The position numbers and the translations under genes were made by a program. The notes under the pieces are model-generated. The model had not been told where the DNA came from. It was given only the letters and a program-made list of their open reading frames with translations, and did no database searches. From the human T2T-CHM13v2.0 reference genome, Homo sapiens, in assembly GCF_009914755.1 (NCBI RefSeq), contig NC_060933.1: a stretch of 64,000 nucleotides of DNA; one strand, given 5' to 3'. Below are positions 53,283 to 64,000 of the stretch, in pieces (position 1 is the stretch's first letter; each line of letters begins with the position of its first letter).

Positions 53283-54405
53283 TGATGGCAGCAGCTGCAG
53301 CCATCATGCGGGCTACAGCAGGGAGGCATGGCTGGGCCTGCATACTCCATGAAGCTGGTGGGAGCCCCACCCCTTCTGAGTTGGGGTATGAGTTCCCTGG
53401 TGCGGCTGCAGACCCAGGCCTCCTGCTCTACGGAGCAGGCTGTAGCCCAGCCCAAACTGCAGCTGTGGATCCAAGCTTCCCTGTGCTCTTGGAGGGGGCT
53501 GGGAACCGACAGGATCTGCCCTCCTGGGTACAGCTGCAGCCACCCAACCCACTGCTGCAGACCTGGGCTTCCGGCTCCATGGAGCAGGCAGGAGACGGAG
53601 ACAAGCAGAAGCCCCGCCCCTTCTGAGTTGGCTGGGTGGGAGCTCCCTGGGTGCAACTAAGGCCACCCTCCCAGGCACAGGACCCTGGCATCTTGGCAGC
53701 CTGCACCTGCCACCCCCCGCTGGCTCCGGGATGTCTGCTCTCACTGCCTGGCCTCTCTCCTCTTCTGGCACCCTCTTTAATCTCCCAACAGGGTTGGTCG
53801 AGCCCTGGGGACTTGAATGGCAGGGGGAGGGAGAGTCCTGGGCAGAAGCGGATGGGTCCCCAGTAAAGCCCCACCTTCAAGCCGGGGAGGGCCTGAAGGC
53901 TGGGAGCCAGACTGCCAATCCTGTGGACAGGACTGGGGATCTGTCCCTCCTCTGGGCCGCCAATGGCTGCTCATGGACCAGTTGGCAGGTACTTCTTCCT
54001 TTCTGAGGTCCATAAAAGCCCTGGGCTCTGCCAGAGAGGGCAGAGGACAGAGAGACGATGGGATGACCAGCTGCAGAGACGAACTCTCCCCTCTACTGAG
54101 AGCTTCAGAGACCTGCAGAGACCTCCAAATGACCAGCCTGCAGAGAGGAGCCACACTCGCCAGGGCCTCCTCTCTGCTGAAAGCTGAACACTCCACCGGA
54201 CGACCTGCCTGCAGAGAGGAGCTACCCACTGTGGGTCTTCTCTGAGCTGTTCTAACACTAAATAAAACTCCTCTTAATCTTCTTCGCCATTCCTTTGTCT
54301 GCGTACCTCATTCCTCCTGGATGCAGGACAAGAACTCAGGCAAAGATGCCACTGTCCACAGAGGTTTCTGGGCAAGAAAATCGACACCCCAAAGATCCTG
54401 TAACA
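53283..54405 (+). mobile_element. MER52-family solo LTR (ERV1)
   Basis: TGATGGCAGCAGC...GATCCTGTAACA; AATAAA ~54261; 4-bp TSD TCAT; GC-rich. Confidence 0.9.
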
Positions 54406-55359
54406 TCATGATTGGCTGTCTCCACATTTACATCATACAATTCAATTACAAACCACTGCAAAGCAGCACTTATTGATGAAGAGCTGGCTCGTGAGCTGTA
54501 AGTGGACATGCCATCAGTGGTGGCAGGTTGTAGCTTAGTAACTTGAAATGATACTTTTTTTACATTCCTCTCTGCCCTCACGTGGTGCTAATAATTGTCA
54601 TAAAAGGGAGTATATGACTCCACCATGACCTCAAAAGGCCTATTCCCCATCTTAAAGGAAAATGTCACTTTTCTGGTGCTAGAAATTGTAGATATGAGAG
54701 TTGCTCAAGTTCATTTATAGTGAAGAGAAGTTAGTAGTGTATTTATACAAGCCTAACACTATGAAATGCATATATTTATTAAATACTATGGAAGGAGCCA
54801 ATGGCAGTGATCCAGAAAACATATGCTTTTCAGTTGAGATAGAAGAGCAAAAGAAATCTCTATTCCTATTGCAGAGAAAAAATAGTAAATATATTTGCTC
54901 ATAACAACATAACTAAACTGTTTGTGGCTTAATAAATAAAAATATAGTTATTTAAAGGTGGTTCAAGGTTTCCTATATAATCTTCCATTCCCCAAATGTG
55001 AATTTGCACAGTAAGGAATTAAAAATAAAACAAAGCAATATTACTTGTCAATTCAATCAAATAACTTTGTAATTTAGCAGAAAATAAATTGCACCAGTTT
55101 GGTTTAAAGCCCTAACTACACATCTATAGTTTCCTTAAATTAATTAAAAGAAGTCATGCAATTTTCACAGAATATCACATGCATGTTATCCACTTTAATT
55201 TCTCTTAAAAATGGGTTAGTTGCCATTATCAAACTTTAGACAAGAAATCAAACAGATAAAGTAACAATGAAAGCAACTTAGACATTAGCTGAAGGGTTTA
55301 TTCCTAATTGCTGAGTACCCATGCTTTATCCACAAAGGGTGATTTACCATTTCTATAAA

Positions 55360-55812
55360 CTGATAGTGAGCTATCCAAAATGGAAATTAAGAATACAATC
55401 CCGGCTGGGCGCGGCGGTCACGCCTGTAATCCCAGCACTTTGGGAGGCCGAGGTGGGCAGATCACCTGAGGTCAGGAATTAGAGTGACCAGCCTGATCAA
55501 CATGGTGAAACCCTGTCTCTACTAAAAAATACAAAAAAAATTAGCCGGGCATGATGGCAGGTGCCTGTAATCCCAGCTACTCGGGAGCCTGAAGCAGGAG
55601 AATCGCTTGAACCTGGGAGGCAGAAAAAAAAAAAAGAATGCAATCCAATTACAATAGCAACAAAAAACTTATAAAATACTTAGGTGTAAATTTAACCAAG
55701 GAGGTGAAAGAACTGTATACTGAAAACTATAAAACACTGATGAAAGAAAATGGAAGAAAACACAAATAAATGGAAAGATATTTTATGTCCACAAAGTAGA
55801 ACAATTAATAGT
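55360..55812 (+). mobile_element. L1 ORF2 fragment hosting an Alu
   Basis: caatccaattacaatagc...aaccaaggaggtgaaag...aataaatggaaagata. Confidence 0.8.
55403..55635 (+). mobile_element. AluS lacking its last ~65 nt
   Basis: Ends ggaggcag + A12; TSD AAGAAT(A/G)CAATCC. Confidence 0.92.
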
Positions 55813-55816
55813 CTAG

Positions 55817-58800
55817 TTTTTATTTTTAATTTTTATGAAAACATAATAGTTGTACATATTTATAGAGTACCTGTGATATTTTGATACAAGCATACAGTGT
55901 GTAATGATCAGATATGGGTAACTGGGATATTCATTACCTCAAACATTTATTGTTTTCTTGTGTTGAGAACGTTGTGAAATACAAAATAAATTACTGTTAA
56001 CTATAGTTGCCCTATTGTGCTACCAAACACTAGATCTTACTCCTTCTATCTATCTAACTGCATTTTATATCCATTAACCAACCCTTTTCGTGCCCTCCTC
56101 CCACTACCCTTCCCAGTTTTTGCTAAACACCATTCTGTTCACTACCTCCCATTTTTTTAGCCCACACATATGAGTAAAAGCATGATATTTGTCTTTCTGT
56201 ATCTGGCTTATTTCACTTAACATAATGTCCTCCAATTCCATCTATGTTGCTACAAATGACAGAATTTCATTCTTTCTTCTGGCTGAATAATATTCCATTG
56301 TGTATATATACCATATTTCCTTTACCCATTCATTCATTGATGGATACTTAGGTTGATTCCATATTTTGGCTATTGTGAATAGTGCTGCTGCAATAAACAT
56401 GGGAATGCAGATATCTCTTTGATACACTGAGTTCTTATCTTTTGGCCATATACCAACTAGTGGGATTGCTGGATCATATGGTAGTTCTATGGTTAGTTTT
56501 ATTGACAAATCTCCACAGTGCTTTTCAGTGTGGAGATTTCCAGTAGCTGTACGAATTTACATTCCTACCAGCAGTGTATGAGCACTTCCCTTTCTCCACA
56601 TCCTCCTTATCATTTGTCATTTTCTGTCTTTTTGATAATAGCCACTTTAACTGGGGTGCAAGGATATCTCATTGTGATTTTGATTTGCATTTCTGTGATC
56701 ATCAATCATGTTGAGCATTTTTTCATTTATGTGTTGGCCATTTGATTTTCTTCTTTTGAGAAATATGTCTATTCAGATCTTTTGCCCCTTTCAAAATCAG
56801 AGTATTTGTTGTTGTTTTTTTTTTTTTGCTATTGAGTTGTTTGAGCATCATGGTGTATTCTGATTATTAATCCCTTATCAGATGAATACTTTGCAAATAT
56901 TTTCTCCCATTCTGTAGGTTGTCTCTTCACACTGTTGATTTTTTCCTTTCCTGTGCAGAAGGTTTTTCACTCGATGTAATCCCATTTGTCAATTTTTGCT
57001 GTGGTTTCCTGTGCTTTTGAGGTCTTACTCAATAAATCTTTGCTCGGACCAATGTCTCGAAGGATTTTACCTAAGTTTTGTTCTAGTAGGTTCACAGTTT
57101 TGAGGCTTACATTTAACTCTGTAATGCATTTTAAGTTGATTTTTGTATATGGTGAGAGATCAGGGTCAAGCTCCACTCTTCTGCATATGGTTACTCAGTT
57201 TTCCCAGCACCATTTATTAAAGATACTGTTCTTTCCCCAGTGTATGTTCTTAGGGCCTTTGATGAAAATCAGTTGGCTATAAATACATGGATTTGTTTCT
57301 GTGTTCTCTATTTCGTTCCTTTGGTGTATATGTCTGTTTTTATGCCATAAACATGCTTTTTATTTTTTATCACTGCAGCTTTGTAGTATATTTTGAAGTC
57401 AGATAGTGTGATGTCTCCAGCTTTGTTCTTTTTGTTCAGGGTTGCTTTGTATACTCAGGCTTTTTTGTGATTTCACATGAATTTTAGGCTTGCTTTTTCT
57501 ATATCTGTGAAGAATGTCACTTGATAGGAATTGTCTTGAGTCTATAGTTAACATTGGGTAGTATGGACATTTTAACAATATTAATTTTTCTAATTCATGA
57601 ATATGAGTTTTTTTGTTTTTTGTGTCCTCTTCAATTTCTTTTATCAGTGTTTTACAGTTTTTATTGTACAGATCTTTTACCTCTTTGGTTAAATTTATTC
57701 CTAGGCATTTTATATTTTTGTAGCTATGGTGAATGGGATTGCTTCCTTGATTTTCAGATTGTTCACTATTGGCATATGGAAACGCTACTGGTTTTTGTAT
57801 GTTGATTTTGTATTCTGCCACTTTGCTGAAATAGTTAACCAGTTGTAACAGCTTTTTAGTGAAGTCTTTAGCTTATCCTAAATATAAGATCATGTCATTT
57901 GCAAACAGTGACAATTTGACTTCCTCTTTTCCAATGCTCTTTATTTCTTTTTTAATAGCTCTGTCTAGGACTCTTTCACCACTTTTCAATAAAAGAAAAC
58001 GATGTGATTGACCACTTTTCAATAAAAGTGGTGAAAGTAAATATCCTTGTCTTGTTCTAGATCTTAGAGAAAGGATCTTAGGGGAAAGTGAATATCTTTG
58101 TCTTGTTCTATGTTAGAGAAAAGGCTTTCAACTTTTCCCTATTCAGTACGATGTTAACCGTGGGTTTATCGTATATGAACATTAATGTTTTAAGGTATGT
58201 TCTTTCTATACCTAATTTGTTGAGAGGGTTTTTTTTAATCACAAAGAGGAGTTGAATTTTATCAAATACTACTTCTGCGTCTATTGAGATAATCACAAGG
58301 TTTTGTTCTTTATTCTCTTGATGTGATGTATGTGATGTATCACATTTATTGATATTTGTAGGTTGAAGCATCCTTGCATCCCTGGGGGAAAATACCACCT
58401 GATCATGGTGTATAATCTTTTTTCTGTGCTGTTGGATTTTGTTTTCTAGGGTTTTTTTTTAAAAGAGTTTTGCATTTATGCTCATTAAAAATATTGGCCT
58501 ATAGTTTTTTTTGTTGTGTCCTTGTCTGGTTTTGGTATCAGGGTAATGCTGGCCTTAAAAAAGATTTGGAAGCATTCTCTCCCCTTTGATTTTTCAAAAT
58601 AGTTTGAGAATAATTGGCATTAGCTTATCTTTAAAAGTTAGGTAGGATTCATCTGTAAAGCCATATGGTCCTAGACTTTTCTTTGTTAGACTTTTTATTA
58701 CTGATTCAATCACATTATTCATTATTGTTCTATTCAGGTTTCCTGTTTCTTCATGGTTCAATCTTGGTAGGTTATATGTGTCCAAGAATATATCTATTTT

Positions 58801-60300
58801 ATAAGTTTTCAATTTGTTGATGTAAATTGTTCATAATGGTCTGTAATGACCTTTTGTATTTCTGTTTTATCAGTTGTAATATCTCCTTTTTATCTCTGAT
58901 TCTATTCCATTGAGTTTTTCTTTTCATTAGTCTACCTAAAGATTTGTTGATTTTGTCTACCTTTTCAAAACAATATTTTCATTTGGTTGATCTTTCATAT
59001 TTTTAGTCTCAATTTTATTTATTTTTGTTGTGATCTTTAGTATTTCTTCTTCCTGTAATTTTGGGTTTGATTTATTCTTGCTTTTCTAGTTTCATGAGGT
59101 GCATCATTATATTTGAAATCTTTCTACCTTTTTATATAGGCATTTATTTCTATAAACTACCCCTCTTAGTACTGCTGCTGCTTTTGATATATAACATAAA
59201 TTTTGGTATGTTGTGTTTCTATTTTTATTTGTTTTAAGAAATTCTTAAATATTCTTTTTAATTTCGTTATTTACCCATTGGTTGTTCAGGAGCATGTTGT
59301 ATTGGTGCATTTTCCAAAGTTCCTCTTGTTATTGATTTCTAGTTTTATTCCATTGTGGTCAAAAAAGATACTTGATGTGATTTTAATTTTTAAAAATGTG
59401 TTGAGACTTGTTTTGTGGCCTAACATATGGTCTATGCTGAAGAATGCTCCATGTGCTCATGAGAAGAATATATACACGTTCTCCAGCTGTTGAATGACAT
59501 TTTCTGTAAAAGTTAGGTTTATTTGCTCTAGAGTGTAGTTTAAGTCCAATGTTCCTTTGCTGATTTTCTCTTTGGATGATCTGTTCGGTGCTGAAAGTAG
59601 GGTGTTGAAGTCTCCTATTATTGAAATGCAGTCTGTCTCTCCCTTTAGATCTAGTATTTGCTCTGGTGTTGGGTGGGTGTATACTCATAATTGTTATACC
59701 TTCTTGCTGAATTGATCCTTTTATCATTATATAATAATCTCCTTTGTCTCTTTTTAGGATTTCTAATGTGAAGTCTATTTTATCTGATAAAAGTACAACT
59801 ACTGCTGCTTTCTTTTGCTTTCCATTTGTATGGAATATCTTCATGTGTCCTTACGGGTGAGGTGAGTCTTTTGTAGGCAGCATATAGCTGGGTCTTTAAA
59901 AAAATACCTCATTTAGCCACTATGTATCTTTTAACTGCAGAATTTAATCCATTTACATTCTAGGTTATTATTGACACGTATGAACTTACTCTTGCCATTG
60001 TTAAAGTGTTTTCTAGTTGCTTTGTAGAGCCTTTGGTCCCTTCTTCTTCTCTTGCTTTCTTCTCTTGTGGCTTCATGGCTCTCTGTAGTAGTATGTTTTG
60101 GTTCTTTTCCTTTTATCTTTTGTGTATCCATTACAGGTTTTGCTTTGTGACTACCCTGTGGCTTACATAAAACATGTTATACTTATAACAGGTTAATTTA
60201 AGCTGATAACAGTTAATTTTGGTTGCATACACAAACTTTTCACTCTAACTTCCTTTTCTCCCATGTTTGATGTTTTTGATGTCACACTTTACATCTTCTT
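55817..60300 (-). mobile_element. L1MA-type element, 3'UTR through ORF2
   Basis: ORF2 remnants (IELPYDPAIPLVGI; YKINIQKPVAF; FLDTYNLPRLNHEE; KIFHTNGKQKKA). Confidence 0.93.
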
Positions 60301-61109
60301 ATAATAACAAAAATAACATAAGTAATAATTTCATATACAATAATATAAATAAAAATAATAGGCCTACTCAGCCACTCAGGCCTTTGCTGCTCCTCCAGAG
60401 AGGGACTTGCAAACATTCAAAGAATTTGCATGCCATAGACAAGGCCAGGAAGAACTGTGACCGGATTCACAAGGCCTTCCCAGGCCTTACTGGGCATCCT
60501 TACCTGGTGCCCACAAACAGGGAGTACTTAGAACATATTTTCTGGTGCCTCTGATGACAGGCACTGCTTTGGACTGGAGTGGAAAGTAGGGCACCAAACC
60601 CATCCCTGGGGCCTTCACTTTCTAGCCAGATGCAGTCCCCCCCCCAACCAGGGGTCTTAAGAAACTTTCTGGAGACTCATCGGGCCAACCAGACCCATGC
60701 AACAAGGTACCCTTCTCAGGCCTTCACACCTGGCCCCATCTGAGCAGCCCCCAAAGCCTTCCTGACCACTGGCTCCCATCCAGGCTCTCCCCAGTTCCAT
60801 GGTCCATTCAGATTTGTCCTGGCCTCCAGAGAGGGGTTTAGATAAATTTTGCAGGGTGCCTCCTATGACCAATCCCCACTCAGTCCACCAGGTGGAAGGG
60901 ATGCCCACCCTGGCCTCCATGACTAGTTAGGGAATGTCTCAGCTAGCTAATTGGGAAAGAGAAACGTTTTAGGGAGTGCTGTATGCAACTGTGCCCCACG
61001 CAAAACTGTAGCCATGTCAGAGACCCTTCCTGGAGGCTCCCTGTCCAGCTTTGACTGATCTCTGTAGGAAATACAGACATTCCCATAGGGGAAGTAAGAA
61101 ACTCTTGGA

Positions 61110-62900
<1,791 letters not shown>

Positions 62901-63297
62901 ATGGTATCGCAGTATGATTCTAATTTGCATTCTCATGAATTTGCTATTTTCATTTACTGTTTCATCATGGACATTTTTCCATGTTACTACATGTAAGTCT
63001 CCCGCCCTGAAGAAATAAACCAAAACATAAATTAACGGTACTGTATAGATGTACCAGAATTTTTTAAACCTGGCTCCTCTGAATGGCTATGTTTTCTTTA
63101 TTTTTTGTTATTAGAAGTAATGGTGAAATCAGTATTCTTATCACGCATGTATTTGCACCGATGTTCCCCACACCCATTTGTTGTCATTTGACTTTGTCCT
63201 GGTACGTGCACAGATAAATTTTCTTTAAACTTTATGCTATCAAGTTAATCAATCGTGTCCTTGATGGCTTTCGAGTTGTCTTTGTTGTATACATGCC

Positions 63298-63431
63298 TTT
63301 TTATTTTTATTTTAAGAGACAGCGGTCTATTTGTGTTGCCCAGGCTGGTCTCAAACTGCTAGCCTCAAGCGATCCTCTCGCCTCAGCCTCCCAAGTCGCT
63401 AGGATTACAGGCGTGAACAACCGTGACGGGC
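63298..63431 (-). mobile_element. FLAM_C-like monomer
   Basis: Antisense single arm, CpG-retaining. Confidence 0.8.
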
Positions 63432-63526
63432 TCTGTTCTATGCTTTAAAGATCTTCTCTGTTCAGAAATTTTAGAATTAAAGTGTTTTCAACAAAGCTTT
63501 CATGGTTGCAGTTTTTCATCCCATAC

Positions 63527-64000
63527 CTGAGGGCACGGTATTTTCTAAGTCCGCTTGCGCGGCTCTGGAAAGCCCGGCCTGGCAGGGCGCCCGGCCCGCA
63601 GGCTCGCGGTTACATTTTCCACGGGCCAGACTGGGAATCACGTAGGGAGAGTCTGTACTCTTCCCAGCAGTCAGCCTTCCCTTATGCTGCTGGGGACGCG
63701 TCGTGCTGACCCGGAGCTCGGAGAGGAGCCAGACGCGCTCCACCCACTCAGGTCTGAGAAGCGATCCGACATGGACTACTGCCATTTGCGCCGTTGTCGG
63801 GCTCCACCTGGCGGCCGATGTTACGTATTGCACTTGTTCTCTGGAGCTCCCGCGAGAGAGAGAAGTGGCCGCTGTGCACCAGCGTCGAGTTCCAGGATGT
63901 CCCTAGCGTTAGCAGGATTGTTCCGCCTGCTAGCAAAGCATTCGCTCCCCATCTGTTCGTGGGAGCTTGGACCTACAGCTTAAGGTCGGAGGAGGCTCTT
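63527..64000 (-). promoter_or_regulatory. CpG island / probable promoter and first exon (runs off the window)
   Basis: Abrupt non-repeat GC/CpG rise; minus-strand donor CAG|GTATGG at 63527/63526; CTCF-like GGCCGCCAGGTGGAGC (63801-63816, -); ZNF143/SBS-like motifs 63610-63672. Confidence 0.75.

Noticed and set aside
63482-63983. ORFs in the CpG island
   Set aside because: Expected from high GC; no recognisable domain

Overview
Primate (most likely human) nuclear DNA, not prokaryotic. It is repeat-rich: about 18 Alus, many L1 fragments, MaLR/ERV1 LTRs, MER2 and MER20. No intact protein-coding gene is visible. Two convergent processed pseudogenes are clear: RAB28 (+, ~6.7-8.6 kb, split by an AluY) and RBPJ (-, 9.7-13.6 kb). 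From memory, this pairing suggests the chr9 pericentromeric segmental duplications (not verified). A CpG-island promoter sits at the right edge. Best observations: (1) TSD analysis shows the RBPJ retrocopy begins with an MST LTR segment joined to the RBPJ ATG exon at the LTR splice-donor position, a possible fossil of an LTR-initiated RBPJ isoform. (2) A chain of minus-strand exon-like segments in the non-repeat DNA translates into degraded RGS-domain-like motifs, suggesting a dead multi-exon RGS22/RGSL1-like gene (recognised by eye; needs HMM/alignment). (3) There is an Alu-Alu gene-conversion tract. Repeat subfamily calls and protein comparisons are from recall; no searches were run.
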